A stretch of DNA of 64,000 bases from a bacterium (GCA_021818465.1 JAKAEA010000001.1:311712-375711), one strand, 5' to 3'; shown: positions 1 through 10,714, counted from the first letter of the stretch. Program-made: numbers and translations. Notes: generated by a model from the sequence alone, not told the origin.

Positions 1-144
1 CATCGTGTTCGGCAAAATCAACACTGAGCCGTATTAGTTTATCGGTATCAGGTATTTTTTCAGCCGACAGGATTTTACCGGCGCGAATTTCTATTTTTTT
101 GAAATCATCAAAAGATACTAATGACATTTTTTTTATGACTATAC

Positions 145-229
145 TGGTGCCCGGAGTGGGGGTCGAACCCACATTCCTTTCGGAACACGATTTTAAGTCG
201 TGCGCGTATACCAATTCCGCCATCCGGGC
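145..229 (-). tRNA. tRNA-Leu (anticodon TAA)
   Basis: Reverse complement gives a cloverleaf: acceptor GCCCGGA/TCCGGGC, anticodon stem CACGA/TCGTG with loop CTTAAAA, long variable arm, T-loop GGGTTCGA, encoded 3' CCA. Confidence 0.85.
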
Positions 230-236
230 GTCGTGA

Positions 237-309
237 GGCGTAGGCCGGAGTTGAACCGGCGCATAGCGGTTTTGCAGACCGCCGCGTTAACCAACTTCGC
301 CACTACGCC
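237..309 (-). tRNA. tRNA-Cys (anticodon GCA)
   Basis: Reverse complement GGCGTAG...CTACGCC acceptor, anticodon stem GCGGT/ACCGC with loop CTGCAAA, T-arm GCCGG-TTCAACT-CCGGC; no encoded CCA. Confidence 0.8.
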
Positions 310-649
310 GTTGTCCTATTTCCCGCTCTTGCTGTGACAACTCATCAAGTCGTTGACGATTCTTTTCGCCAAGGTCAATGACGAATTCGACGCTTGGCAG
401 GAAACGAAGTTTTGCCCGCTCAGCGACGTATGCTCCGAATTCTCTCTTTTTTCGGGATAAAAAGTCAAGAGCTGCTTGTTCACGACTGTTTGGTAGGACG
501 GTGAGTAAAATAGATATCAAGCGGCCATTATTGCTCTCGTGAGCGCTGGTCACGGTGATCAGCGACTGGCCAGCCGATTCACGGTTTATGAATTCGGCGG
601 CTAGTTCGGCAAAAAGTGCTTCGGTTCGCGCGGTTTTGAGAGAGTTCAT
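287..649 (-). CDS. rbfA: Ribosome-binding factor A (RbfA)
   Basis: 120 aa, KH-like RbfA pattern (LITVT...ISILLTV...FLSRKK...YVAERAKLRFLP..FVID), immediately downstream of infB as in the canonical infB-rbfA operon; C-terminal 23 nt overlap the tRNA-Cys call. Confidence 0.75.
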   Translation of the reverse strand: MNSLKTARTEALFAELAAEFINRESAGQSLITVTSAHESNNGRLISILLTVLPNSREQAALDFLSRKKREFGAYVAERAKLRFLPSVEFVIDLGEKNRQRLDELSQQEREIGQRRSGEVG

Positions 650-660
650 ACTATGAATAA

Positions 661-2223
661 CTATTTTTCTACAACAATAAAGGCTTCCAAGCGATCACCG
701 GCGGCGATTTCTAATTTTGACTCAACCAACGCGCCAAATTCTTGACCTTCGGGAATTTCGGTCGCTTTATTTTTTTGGCGCTGTAGTTCACGGATGCGAC
801 CACGACCGACATCAAAGTTTCGGCGCATAATTTTAACTTCAGCGCCGAGTTGTATTATACCTGTTTCTACACGCCCGCCAATGATTTGGCGATCGCGTAT
901 TTTGCTGAAAAATTTGAGCACTTTAGCAACGCCGGTTTGCTCATCTACTTTAATTTTAGGTACATGTGCGCTTGCGGTAGCGGCGAGCCACTCTGAAAGT
1001 TTATAAATGACGTCAAAAAGTTCTATAGTAACGCCACTTGTTTGAGCAAGGCCTTTGGCGCTACTAGCAATACCTACATTAAAACCAATAATAATTGTCC
1101 TTTTGTCAGCTACAGCGGTTTTAATATCATTCTCTGTAATGTCACCAATGCTCGCAATAATCGTTTTTAATATGAGGCGATCGTGATGAATTTTTGCGAC
1201 TTCATGTTTAAGAGCTTCTAAGCCACCAATGTCTGCCGCTTTAAGAATAATGGGAAGGATGGCGGTAATGGTTTCTGCTGTATCGTCAGTCTGTGTTTGC
1301 GTAGATGTTACTTTTTTTGCTGTACGTGCTGCTGTATTTTCTTGTGTGTGGCTGATAGCAGCCTCAGCTTCTTTTTTAGAAGGAAAAGTCTGAAAATGAG
1401 TACCAACTGGCGGCAATTCACTCCATCCAAATAGGCGTATCGGACTGGAAAAGGTTGCTTGGCGAATGTGTATGCCCGCAGTGTTTTCCATAAGACGTAC
1501 TGGCGCTAGGCTAGTGCCAGCAACGACGGTGGTGCCGCTGTGTAGGGTGCCATCTTTAATAACCAGTGTCGCAGCAATTCCTTTTTTGCGATCTACCCAC
1601 GATTCAATGATGGTGCCTTCTGCTGGCTTGGTGCTTGTGCCGGAAAGCTCAGCGATGTCTCCCGCAAGATCTATTAGGTCAAGTAATTCAGATACGCCAG
1701 CGCCAGTTTTTGCGGAAATGGCAACCCACGGAACATCACCCCCATATCCTTCAACATATATGTCATGTTCAGCCAAACTTGCTTTGGTGTGTTCAATATC
1801 AGCGCTTTCTTTATCAATTTTATTGATGGCCACGATGAAAGGAATGTTGGCGGCACGAATAGCGTCGCGCGCCTCAATGGTCTGGGGACGCACACCGTCT
1901 TCAGCAGAAACGACAAGAATAGCCACATCTGCTACTTGGGCGCCACGGGAGCGTATCGTGGAAAATGCTTCGTGACCAGGGGTGTCTAAAAAGGTGATGC
2001 GTCGAATCGTGCCATTGACAGTTCGCTCAACTTCGTATGCAGATACTTTTTGTGTAATACCGCCAGCTTCGCCATCGACGATGTTGGTATGACGAATATA
2101 ATCTAGTAGCGTAGATTTTCCATGATCAACATGACCAAGCACAGTCACTACGGGCGGGCGGGCGATTGTGGTTGCGACGGTTGTCGATTTTGTTTTTATG
2201 TGGTTGTTGTTTTTTTCTGACAT
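661..2223 (-). CDS. infB: Translation initiation factor IF-2 (short form, 520 aa)
   Basis: GTPase G1 motif VLGHVDHGKSTLLD, DTPGHEAF, NKID; domain order G-II-C1-C2 typical of IF-2; lacks long N-terminal region. Confidence 0.9.
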   Translation of the reverse strand: MSEKNNNHIKTKSTTVATTIARPPVVTVLGHVDHGKSTLLDYIRHTNIVDGEAGGITQKVSAYEVERTVNGTIRRITFLDTPGHEAFSTIRSRGAQVADVAILVVSAEDGVRPQTIEARDAIRAANIPFIVAINKIDKESADIEHTKASLAEHDIYVEGYGGDVPWVAISAKTGAGVSELLDLIDLAGDIAELSGTSTKPAEGTIIESWVDRKKGIAATLVIKDGTLHSGTTVVAGTSLAPVRLMENTAGIHIRQATFSSPIRLFGWSELPPVGTHFQTFPSKKEAEAAISHTQENTAARTAKKVTSTQTQTDDTAETITAILPIILKAADIGGLEALKHEVAKIHHDRLILKTIIASIGDITENDIKTAVADKRTIIIGFNVGIASSAKGLAQTSGVTIELFDVIYKLSEWLAATASAHVPKIKVDEQTGVAKVLKFFSKIRDRQIIGGRVETGIIQLGAEVKIMRRNFDVGRGRIRELQRQKNKATEIPEGQEFGALVESKLEIAAGDRLEAFIVVEK

Positions 2224-2723
2224 ATGCTAATTGCCTCGCGTTCTTCCTGAGACAGCTCTCGTTCGGAAGTAAAACGAGTAACTGGTTTACCAAAGACGCT
2301 GATACGGTCACGGGTATAGAGGCTCGTTACCACAATACCATCACCTTGTTCATTTAGAAACGCCGCACTGAAACTATTGTTGCCGCCGTCACCAGTGCCT
2401 TTAAACGGATTATAACGAACCGTGCCAATGCTTTGCACACTGTTTTTTAAACGATGTTCTACGCTCGTCAAATATTGTCGCATTTCGGTTGTGAATTTTT
2501 TTAATTCTGTAAGATCGGCAGCAGCAGTGATGAGCGCTTTTTCAATTGATACGATCGGTGTTTTGTCGCTATGGTTAAACACCGTGCCAACACTCAGAAG
2601 ACGATTGACCCGACGATAGAGCCAACCAAGACGAAGAAAAATAATGATAAATAAAAGGGCAATAACCACAGCGGCTATTGTAACCAGGTGCTGATTGAGG
2701 GTGGTAGAAATGGTGGTAAACAT
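2196..2723 (-). CDS. Hypothetical membrane protein (N-terminal TM helix, conserved C-terminal domain)
   Basis: ORF 2196..2816; likely start at internal Met (MFTTISTT..) giving one TM helix (VTIAAVVIALLFIIIFL) followed by soluble domain; 3' end overlaps infB start by ~28 nt. Confidence 0.45.
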   Translation of the reverse strand: MFTTISTTLNQHLVTIAAVVIALLFIIIFLRLGWLYRRVNRLLSVGTVFNHSDKTPIVSIEKALITAAADLTELKKFTTEMRQYLTSVEHRLKNSVQSIGTVRYNPFKGTGDGGNNSFSAAFLNEQGDGIVVTSLYTRDRISVFGKPVTRFTSERELSQEEREAISICQKKTTTT

Positions 2724-2853
2724 GGTAAAAATTAAAAACAGTGAAGGAATAAAAAAATTCCTCTGAAAATGTTCTAAAATATTTATGAAGTACCGATACC
2801 AGTAATAATAGTACACAAACGCTTCTTTAGCAAAAATGAGGTAGTATTATTGT

Positions 2854-4068
2854 ATGCGAAAAAAAAGAGTATATCTTGATTATGCTGCAGCGACACCACT
2901 TGATCGGCGTGTCGCTAAAAGTATGCGACCATTTGAGTCGGAAAAATTTGCTAACCCAGCATCAGTTCACAATGAAGGCATTGTAGCTCGTCGAGTAGTT
3001 GCACAAGCTCGAACTGAGGTGGCCCGTCTGCTCAATGTTCGTTCCGAAGAAATTATTTTTACTGGTGGCGGTACTGAAGCTGATAATTTAGCAATCACGG
3101 GAATAGTAGAGAAAGCTCGAGAAAAGGGTATTGCTGCTCCGCATATTATTACCACCAATATAGAACACCCGGCAATTCTTGAAACGTGTCGACGGGTGAC
3201 AAAATGGGGAGGCAGCGTAACATTTGTGCCAGTACAAGCGTCTGGTCTTGTGGATCCGAAACATATTGCCGCAGCACTTAAACCAGAAACAGTTTTGGTT
3301 TCGGTTCAATTAGTAAATAGCGAAATCGGTATTATACAACCGCTCCGCGCTATTGCTACCGTCATCGCAGAATATAAAGCGACACATGGCGATACCCTCA
3401 GTGCATTTAGTGAACTTGGCTACCCATATTTTCATACCGATGCTAGCCAAGCGCCTAATTATCTGGACATATCATTTCAAAAATATGGCGTTGATTTGAT
3501 GACGCTTGATGGAGTCAAAATATATGGCCCAAAGGGAATTGGAGTGTTGGCGATAAAGCGTCAGGTAGCCATAGCGCCAATTATTGTTGGTGGGGGGCAG
3601 GAGCGTGGTATGCGCGCTGGTACGGAAAATGTTCCTGCTATTGTCGGTTTTGCTGCCGCCCTTACGCGCACAGTACAGTTACGTGAAAAAGAAACCGAGC
3701 GATTGCGTGGTTTACAAAAATATTTTATTCAGAATCTGAAAGAAAACTTTCCGAGAAACGTAAGTATTATTAATGATGATTGTCAAAAATCTGTACCAAA
3801 TAATGTTACTATATGTGTTAGGAACGGCCAGGAAGCGGAGCTTTTGGTGGTACGTCTTGATGCGTTGGGGATTGCTTGTTCCGCAGGTAGTGCCTGCACC
3901 AATCTCTCAACAGCGACGTATTCCTATGTAATTGAGGCGCTAGAAACAGCGAGCTTGTCCGTGTTGAACGATTGCAAAAGTTCCTCAATTCGTTTTAGTT
4001 TTGGTCGTGGAACCACGCGACGGGATCTTGATTTGACACTAATCGCTTTGCGTTCTATAATAAAATAG
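2854..4068 (+). CDS. Cysteine desulfurase / class V aminotransferase (NifS/IscS-like)
   Basis: N-terminal VYLDYAAATPLD, PLP fold-type I pattern, HTDASQA, C-terminal GSACTN cysteine loop. Confidence 0.85.
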   Translation: MRKKRVYLDYAAATPLDRRVAKSMRPFESEKFANPASVHNEGIVARRVVAQARTEVARLLNVRSEEIIFTGGGTEADNLAITGIVEKAREKGIAAPHIITTNIEHPAILETCRRVTKWGGSVTFVPVQASGLVDPKHIAAALKPETVLVSVQLVNSEIGIIQPLRAIATVIAEYKATHGDTLSAFSELGYPYFHTDASQAPNYLDISFQKYGVDLMTLDGVKIYGPKGIGVLAIKRQVAIAPIIVGGGQERGMRAGTENVPAIVGFAAALTRTVQLREKETERLRGLQKYFIQNLKENFPRNVSIINDDCQKSVPNNVTICVRNGQEAELLVVRLDALGIACSAGSACTNLSTATYSYVIEALETASLSVLNDCKSSSIRFSFGRGTTRRDLDLTLIALRSIIK

Positions 4069-4082
4069 TAACAACAATATCT

Positions 4083-6827
4083 ATGCCACCACTTAATCAC
4101 TTTACTACTAAAGCAAAAGAAGCAATTCGTAAGGCTCATGAGCTGGCTATTGAACGTGGTCAAAATCACGTTAATCCGCTCCACCTCCTTGCCGCTCTCA
4201 TCCTGCAAGAGGAAAGCATGGTCGGTGCTATTTTGGATAAACTAGAGATTGATACCATTTTATTGACTGATTCGTTGATGGAATCCATTGAAGGGCCAGA
4301 AGGCGGTTCTACGCTCAATCCTTCTTATCAAATTTATCTCACCCCCGATCTTGCGCAGGTCATTTCTGATTCCGAGCGTGTAGCCAAGTCACTCAATGAT
4401 GAATTTATTTCTACCGAACATATGTTCGTTGCTATTCTTGACGTGGCTGGTTCGGCGCGTGATTTATTGGCGCGTTTTCGTATTACTCGTGAAGCAGTGG
4501 TGAAGGTGCTGGAAGAATTGCGCGCTAATAAAGTGACTGATGTGCATGCTCCTAAAAAACCGAAGGCACTCGCACGCTATACGCGTTCGCTTACCAAGAT
4601 GGCCGCTGAAAACAAATTGGACCCGGTTATTGGTCGTGACAATGAAATCACGCGCATTATTCAAATTCTCTCACGCCGCACCAAAAATAATCCGATTTTA
4701 ATTGGTGAGGCGGGCGTTGGCAAAACAGCTATTGTCGAGGGCTTAGCGTTGCGTATGGCGCAAGGTGATGTACCAGAATCGCTCAAAGATAAAGAGTTGG
4801 TATCGCTTGATCTTGGCGCATTGGTAGCAGGTACAAAATATCGCGGAGAATTCGAAGAGCGTCTAAAAAATATTTTGAAAGAAATTGAGCGTTCAGCGGG
4901 AAAAGTTATTCTTTTTATTGATGAAATTCACACCATCGTTGGCGCTGGCGCTGCGGAAGGTTCGCTAGACGCATCTAATATGTTAAAACCAGCGTTGGCA
5001 CGCGGTGAGCTTCGTGCTATTGGTGCTACCACGCTTCGGGAATACCAAAAACACATTGAAAAAGATCCAGCCCTGACTCGTCGTTTTCAGCCAGTGCATG
5101 TTAATGAACCGTCGGTAGAAGATACCATTGCTATTTTGCGTGGGCTAAAAGAAAAATATGAGTTGTATCACGGTGTGCGCATCACGGACGACGCTATTAT
5201 TGCCGCTGTTAATCTGTCGTCGCGCTATATCACCGATCGCTACTTGCCCGACAAGGCGGTGGATCTCATTGATGAGTCGGCTTCGTTCTTAAAAATTACT
5301 TTAGAAGATATGCCGCCAGTTCTCCAAGAAACGCATGGAAAAATTATGCGCCTGGAAATTGAACGAGAGGCACTGAAAAAAGAAACTACCAAGGTTGCCA
5401 AAGAGCGCGTTAAAATCATTGATCAAGAAATTGCTAACCTGAAAGAGCAAACGGCAGAAATAGAGCTTAAGTGGAAAAATGAAAAGGAAACGCTCGGTGA
5501 AATCAAGCAAATTAAAAAAGATCTTGAAACGTCGCGCTTGGAAGCAGAAAATGCCGAAGCGCACGCTGATCTCGGCAAGGCCGCAGAAATTCGCTATGGC
5601 AAAATTCCTCAGCTTGAAAAAAATATGGATACTAAATTGAAACGCTTGAAGAAATTGCAAAGCTCGCGACGAATTTTGAAAGAAGAAATTACCCAAGAAG
5701 ATGTTGCTGATGTGGTGTCACGATGGACGGGTATTCCCGTGGCGCGCATGCTTGAAGGTGAAGCAGAAAAACTCGGTCGCATGGAAGAAGTATTGACGCA
5801 GCGCATTGTTGGTCAAGACGATGCGGTGCGGAAGATTGCTGATACGGTGAAGCGTTCACGTGCCGGTATTAGCGACCCTAATCGTCCCATCGGCTCATTT
5901 ATTTTTTTGGGTCCGACGGGTGTTGGTAAAACCGAGCTCACTAAAGCGCTCGCCGAATTTATGTTTGATGATGAGAAGGCGCTTGTGCGTGTGGACATGT
6001 CCGAATTTATGGAAAAACATTCAGTTTCCAAATTAATTGGCGCGCCAGCCGGCTATGTTGGGTACGAAGAGGGTGGTAATTTTACCGAGCTCATTCGCCA
6101 TCGTCCGTATTCCGTCATCTTGCTTGATGAAATTGAAAAAGCACATCCGGAAGTCTTTAATGTGCTCCTGCAAGTGTTGGATAACGGTCAATTAACCGAT
6201 GCAAAAGGCCGCAAGGTTAATTTTCGCAACACTATCATTATTATGACCTCGAACCTTGGTGCCAACTACATTGATAAGATGCAGAAATTTGGCTTCGGTA
6301 CGCTCGATCGAGAAACCGCTGGTTCTAAACAAGATTCTCCGGTGGTTGATCGTGCCGACTATGAACAAATTAAAGATCGAGTACTTGAATCGTTGCGCGA
6401 ATTTTTCCGTCCAGAATTTCTTAATCGTATCGATGACATTATTATCTTTGATATTTTGAATCGCGAAGCAATTCGTAAAATCGTGGAAATTCAGGTCGGT
6501 TTGGTTAAAGAGCGTTTGGCAACGAAAGAAATTACGCTAGATATTTCTGCAGATGTGTATGACTACCTTGCCCGTCAAGGCTACAATCCACAATACGGTG
6601 CGCGCCCACTTAAGCGACTCATTCAAAATAAAATTTTAACACCAGTAGCATCCCTCATGATATCGAAAGGTATTATGCGCGGTGGCGTTGTAAAAGTCAG
6701 CCTGAAAGATGCGAACAGTGCCGAGTTTGTCTTTGATGTTAAAAAAGGTAAGAAGGGGAGTTTGCTACGAGAAGACCTCCTGGATACTACACTAACTGCT
6801 TCTGCTCCACAGAGTGTAGGGAAATAG
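4083..6827 (+). CDS. clpB: ATP-dependent chaperone ClpB (two AAA+ modules with long coiled-coil middle domain)
   Basis: Clp N-domain repeats, NBD1 Walker [16 protein letters not shown], long coiled-coil insert, NBD2 Walker [16 protein letters not shown], 914 aa. Confidence 0.9.
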   Translation: MPPLNHFTTKAKEAIRKAHELAIERGQNHVNPLHLLAALILQEESMVGAILDKLEIDTILLTDSLMESIEGPEGGSTLNPSYQIYLTPDLAQVISDSERVAKSLNDEFISTEHMFVAILDVAGSARDLLARFRITREAVVKVLEELRANKVTDVHAPKKPKALARYTRSLTKMAAENKLDPVIGRDNEITRIIQILSRRTKNNPILIGEAGVGKTAIVEGLALRMAQGDVPESLKDKELVSLDLGALVAGTKYRGEFEERLKNILKEIERSAGKVILFIDEIHTIVGAGAAEGSLDASNMLKPALARGELRAIGATTLREYQKHIEKDPALTRRFQPVHVNEPSVEDTIAILRGLKEKYELYHGVRITDDAIIAAVNLSSRYITDRYLPDKAVDLIDESASFLKITLEDMPPVLQETHGKIMRLEIEREALKKETTKVAKERVKIIDQEIANLKEQTAEIELKWKNEKETLGEIKQIKKDLETSRLEAENAEAHADLGKAAEIRYGKIPQLEKNMDTKLKRLKKLQSSRRILKEEITQEDVADVVSRWTGIPVARMLEGEAEKLGRMEEVLTQRIVGQDDAVRKIADTVKRSRAGISDPNRPIGSFIFLGPTGVGKTELTKALAEFMFDDEKALVRVDMSEFMEKHSVSKLIGAPAGYVGYEEGGNFTELIRHRPYSVILLDEIEKAHPEVFNVLLQVLDNGQLTDAKGRKVNFRNTIIIMTSNLGANYIDKMQKFGFGTLDRETAGSKQDSPVVDRADYEQIKDRVLESLREFFRPEFLNRIDDIIIFDILNREAIRKIVEIQVGLVKERLATKEITLDISADVYDYLARQGYNPQYGARPLKRLIQNKILTPVASLMISKGIMRGGVVKVSLKDANSAEFVFDVKKGKKGSLLREDLLDTTLTASAPQSVGK

Positions 6828-7317
6828 TGCGTTCATCTGTTGTTTGAGAGGCTTCTAGTTTAGGATGCCAAAAAATAGATTCAATGTTGCGCGTTGCAGA
6901 TTGTAGGGAGTGTTTGTTTGGACAGCCGGTTTTTTGGTCGTTGCTAATAGCGTTGCCGTTTCCAATGTAAAAACCGATGTGACGGTGTAATTCGCCGCCG
7001 CTAAAAGCGGCATTCTCCCATACTACAACACTACCAATGGGCGGCTCGTGTGCGGCTGGCACTTCGTGCCAGCCGCTTTCTTGAAGATCCTTCACCGTGG
7101 AGCTAACCACCGCGTGTGATTTCTTTATTAGTCCAAGTGCAGCGAGTACCGATGACACGAAATATGCGCAGGAAAGCTCGCCATCATGACTGACATCAGT
7201 CACGACATTGTCCACTTCAGCGTACAAATTTCGGTACATTCTGGTGCCAATGCTGTTGTTGATAACTGCTAGATAGCTATCCCGTAATAAGAATTTAACC
7301 GAGGGCTTTTTGTTCAT
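6787..7317 (-). CDS. Putative NlpC/P60-family (papain-like Cys/His) hydrolase
   Basis: Ordered Cys (ELSCAYFVSS) then His block (HRHIGFYIGNGNAISN) resembling NlpC/P60 catalytic motifs; 41-nt convergent overlap with clpB 3' end. Confidence 0.45.
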   Translation of the reverse strand: MNKKPSVKFLLRDSYLAVINNSIGTRMYRNLYAEVDNVVTDVSHDGELSCAYFVSSVLAALGLIKKSHAVVSSTVKDLQESGWHEVPAAHEPPIGSVVVWENAAFSGGELHRHIGFYIGNGNAISNDQKTGCPNKHSLQSATRNIESIFWHPKLEASQTTDERTISLHSVEQKQLV

Positions 7318-7337
7318 ATGTTAATTATACTATGTGG

Positions 7338-7423
7338 GGTGCGCAGGGAGGGATTTGAACCCCCGTAGCCCGTAGGGCGCCTGATTTACAGTCAGGTGCA
7401 ATTGACCACTCTGCCACCTGCGC
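7338..7423 (-). tRNA. tRNA-Tyr (anticodon GTA)
   Basis: Reverse complement: acceptor GCGCAGG/CCTGCGC, anticodon stem CCTGA/TCAGG with loop CTGTAAA, long variable arm (class II), T-loop GGTTCAAAT. Confidence 0.85.
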
Positions 7424-7486
7424 ATATGTGCCTAAGCAAGCTTGTATTCTAGTCGTAAAAGCAGTTATAATCAAGTCTCCTTAATT

Positions 7487-8365
7487 ATGTATACAACATA
7501 TTGCTGGCTGAACGGGAAAATTTTGCCGACTAGGGAAGCGAGTGTAAATGTCCTGGACATCGGGCTCATGCGTGGCTACGCTATCTATGAAGCGCTTACT
7601 ACGTATGGCGGTACGCCATTTATGTTGGCTGACCACCTAGCACGCTTTCGTCAATCAGCTAAAGCTATGAAGCTCGATGTGCTGGCGAGTGATGAGGAAA
7701 TTACGGCGGCCATCAGCGAGCTTGTTGCCCGCAATGGTTTCAAAGAAACGAACATCAAATTTATTTTGACCGGCGGTACAACGATCTCGGGTATAGAATA
7801 TGTACCTGGCCATTCAGTTTTCTATATTCTCGCAGAAGAATTTGTGCCACTAGAGAAAAGATTCGTGGAACACGGTTGTAAACTCATCACGCACGAATTT
7901 CAGCGTCAGTATCCTGGTTACAAAACAACAAACTACATTACCGGGGTTATGTTACAGCCGGCGCGTAAAGCTGCCGGTGCTCTGGAGGTACTTTTTACGT
8001 GGCAGGGTAAGGTGTCCGAATGTGCGACGAGTAATTTTTTTATCGTTAAGAATGGCACGATTGTGACACCAATCGACGGCATTTTATTTGGTATTACTCG
8101 CAAGGTGGTGTTGAGTTTAGCGCGCACGGCCAGTATGCCAATAGAAGAGCGCGATATTACTACAGATGAGCTTACTACAGCCGACGAAGCATTCATTACA
8201 TCGAGCTTTAAGGAGGTGGTGCCGGTGGTGCATATTAACGATGACATAATTGGTGATGGTCGTGTTGGGCCAATGACGCAAAAAATCATACAGCTTTTCA
8301 AAGAATTTTCTCGAGAAGAATCAGTGGCAATCTCTAATATGCATGTGGCAAGCGCCATGTCCTAA
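7487..8365 (+). CDS. Class IV aminotransferase (branched-chain amino acid / D-amino acid aminotransferase family)
   Basis: ORF 7442..8365; probable start MYTTYCWLNGK; N-terminal WLNG..P..EA.V...D.G...G.GI(Y)E fold-type IV signature, TGGT, C-terminal EAFITSS/ EVVPV motif. Confidence 0.8.
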   Translation: MYTTYCWLNGKILPTREASVNVLDIGLMRGYAIYEALTTYGGTPFMLADHLARFRQSAKAMKLDVLASDEEITAAISELVARNGFKETNIKFILTGGTTISGIEYVPGHSVFYILAEEFVPLEKRFVEHGCKLITHEFQRQYPGYKTTNYITGVMLQPARKAAGALEVLFTWQGKVSECATSNFFIVKNGTIVTPIDGILFGITRKVVLSLARTASMPIEERDITTDELTTADEAFITSSFKEVVPVVHINDDIIGDGRVGPMTQKIIQLFKEFSREESVAISNMHVASAMS

Positions 8366-8420
8366 CACTTGCTTTTTTTAGCCAAATGTAGTATTTTTTT
8401 CTAACTAATCACATTTACGT

Positions 8421-8579
8421 ATGTCCCAAGATCGCCTCATTAAGCTCGCCTGTCAAAATTGTAAGCGCATCAACTACTGGAGCAGCAAAAATAAGCGCAA
8501 AGTAGAGCGTAAAATTGAGCTCAAAAAGTACTGCGCCTGGTGCCGCAAGAAGACCACCCACAAGGAGGTCAAAAAATAA
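8421..8579 (+). CDS. rpmG: 50S ribosomal protein L33
   Basis: 52-aa ORF not in the supplied track (below 60 aa): MSQDRLIKLACQNCKRINYWSSKNKRKVERKIELKKYCAWCRKKTTHKEVKK, with Cys4 zinc ribbon and ELKKYC.WC motif diagnostic of L33. Confidence 0.85.
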   Translation: MSQDRLIKLACQNCKRINYWSSKNKRKVERKIELKKYCAWCRKKTTHKEVKK

Positions 8580-8619
8580 TTAGTTGAATTGTCGGTGGCG
8601 GCGTTCTATTATTGCCGCT

Positions 8620-9807
8620 ATGGAGCCGCTCGCCTCAAAATTAAGACCCACAAAACTGGCTGATTTCGTTGGTCAGGAGCACTTGGTGGGGAAAGGTAAA
8701 CCACTGGCGCTGGCTATCGCCGACAAGCGTCTTTTTTCCTTCATTTTATGGGGGCCGCCGGGAACAGGTAAGACGACCTTGGCGCGCATCTACGCCAACG
8801 CTCTGAATGCTCATCTCTACGAACTTTCGGCAGTATCGGCCGGTAAGGAAGATATCCGCGCCATCGTGGAAGATCGCAGTATTCTGGACCAGCGGCCCAA
8901 GGTGCTTTTTCTAGATGAGATTCATCGATTCAATAAAGCTCAGCAAGATTTTCTATTGCCCTATGTGGAGAGCGGCGTCCTCTCGCTCGTTGGCGCCACC
9001 ACCGAGAACCCGAGTTTTGAGGTGATTCCGGCGCTCTTGTCGCGTTGCCGAGTGTTTGTACTGAACGAACTCTCGGAGGAAGAGATGGAGAAGATTATCA
9101 TTCGCGCGGCAAGAAATCTTAAAATAAAAATCAACAAAAAGGCGCGCGCATGGCTCGCTGCTATGGCCAACGGCGACGCCCGACAAGCTATCACTGTTTT
9201 AGAAAACGCCCACCAACTTTATGGCGCGACGCTGACTGTTGCCGCGCTACAAGAAACTATTCAGAGCAAATTTTTGCGTTTTGATAAGAAGGGTGAGGAG
9301 CACTACAACGTGATTAGCGCGTTTATAAAGAGCATGCGAGCCGGCGATGCCGACGCTGCGCTCTACTACATGGCGCGGATGCTCGACGCCGGCGAAGACC
9401 CGAAGTTTATCGCTCGGCGAATGGTGGTATTTGCCTCGGAGGATATTGGCCTGGCTCAACCGACGGCCTTGGTGGTGGCTAACGACGTCTTTCGGGCGGT
9501 AGAGACTATTGGCTTGCCGGAGTGCGCCATCAATCTTGCTCATGGTGTTTGCTATCTCGCGGGTGCGCCGAAAAGTCGCCACTCCTACGACGCTCTTCAA
9601 GCCGCCCAAGCTGATGTTAAACAGCACGGCAACCTGCCGGTGCCGCTGCGTCTCCGGAATGCGCCAACCAAGCTTATGAAAGACCTCGGTTATCACGAAG
9701 GCTACGAAAAATATGGTAAAGAAAGCTACCTGCCGGAGCGACTTGCTAAAATCGACAGAAAATACTTGAAGTACAATAAAGATAAAAAAGAGAAGGGTAA
9801 TAAATAA
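8620..9807 (+). CDS. rarA: Replication-associated recombination protein A (RarA/MgsA AAA+ ATPase)
   Basis: ORF 8584..9807; RP.L.DFVGQ.HL N-terminus, Walker A GPPGTGKTTLARI, Walker B FLDEIHRFNK, sensor and MgsA C-terminal helical domain. Confidence 0.85.
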   Translation: MEPLASKLRPTKLADFVGQEHLVGKGKPLALAIADKRLFSFILWGPPGTGKTTLARIYANALNAHLYELSAVSAGKEDIRAIVEDRSILDQRPKVLFLDEIHRFNKAQQDFLLPYVESGVLSLVGATTENPSFEVIPALLSRCRVFVLNELSEEEMEKIIIRAARNLKIKINKKARAWLAAMANGDARQAITVLENAHQLYGATLTVAALQETIQSKFLRFDKKGEEHYNVISAFIKSMRAGDADAALYYMARMLDAGEDPKFIARRMVVFASEDIGLAQPTALVVANDVFRAVETIGLPECAINLAHGVCYLAGAPKSRHSYDALQAAQADVKQHGNLPVPLRLRNAPTKLMKDLGYHEGYEKYGKESYLPERLAKIDRKYLKYNKDKKEKGNK

Positions 9808-9848
9808 AAAAGCCATCTGATCTAATCAGATGGCTGGTATGTAGTGTG

Positions 9849-10592
9849 TTACTCACCAGACTCCATAATGTTTCCGGTACCGACCGTAGCAAATGATTGC
9901 TGATCAGGGGATACAAAAATGATCTTACAACGACAAGGAATTGTGTGGCATTGTGGGCACACTTGGTAATACTTTGCGACTTCCTCCATTAAGTTTATGT
10001 TCTTAATGTAGGCAAAGGCGAGGATCCAGCTAAACAGATCAGCTAGTTCCAAGGCACATTCCTCAATGATTTTTTTAGGGTCATTGGGCGTATTTGGACC
10101 GCTGACACTTAAAATACTAAACTCGCTGAATTCGCTCGTGGCTCGCCCATACACTTCCCAGAATCCACGTTCTCTGTTGTGTTTGCCATAGACGGCATCG
10201 CAGTGTTTTTGCCAATCGGCGATAGTCCATTGGTATTGGGATCGGTCGATTGATCGAACATTTGGATTAGGTCGCTTATTATCTTTACATCGGCATGGTT
10301 TTTGACTGCAATAAGCACATCCGTACCAAGGATATTTTTTTACCATGCTTTCTGCGAGAACAATACGACCATGGTAACCGTTCACCAAGCTCATGAAGTA
10401 TGCAAAACATTTACTCAGCCGTACCTCAAAGGGCAAGCCTTTTCTTTCTGCATCAACCAATCTACCAAGCTGCCGCTGCATATGAGTTGTTCGTTCTGGT
10501 ATTGATATGTTAACGAACAGATTTCGCGTGCCATACAGTTTTTCAAAATGTTCCTGTACTTCAGTAAGCGAACCCCTTAATGGGTTTTTCAT
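9849..10592 (-). CDS. MazG-like nucleotide pyrophosphohydrolase-related protein with two Cys-rich (C..C...PCRC) inserts
   Basis: C-terminal EECALELADLFSWILAFA helix resembles MazG/dUTPase all-alpha NTP-PPase motif; two CxxC..PCRC clusters (CAYCSQKPCRC, CPQCHTIPCRC). Confidence 0.4.
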   Translation of the reverse strand: MKNPLRGSLTEVQEHFEKLYGTRNLFVNISIPERTTHMQRQLGRLVDAERKGLPFEVRLSKCFAYFMSLVNGYHGRIVLAESMVKKYPWYGCAYCSQKPCRCKDNKRPNPNVRSIDRSQYQWTIADWQKHCDAVYGKHNRERGFWEVYGRATSEFSEFSILSVSGPNTPNDPKKIIEECALELADLFSWILAFAYIKNINLMEEVAKYYQVCPQCHTIPCRCKIIFVSPDQQSFATVGTGNIMESGE

Positions 10593-10714
10593 ATAACACC
10601 CCTTTCAAAAAACAAAACGTATACATCAAAACTGTTCGCTATAGTACACTTGATTCCTTCTTGTGCAAGTTTTTCAAAGCCGCTCTTCTTTGGTAATATA
10701 CTATCGTTCAATCT

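Noticed and set aside
794-2000. Several + strand ORFs of 60-170 aa inside infB
   Set aside because: They are nested antisense within the IF-2 gene and are low-complexity.
5301-6031. Minus-strand ORFs inside clpB (Phe-rich 131 aa etc.)
   Set aside because: They are antisense to the coiled-coil region of ClpB and are compositional artefacts.
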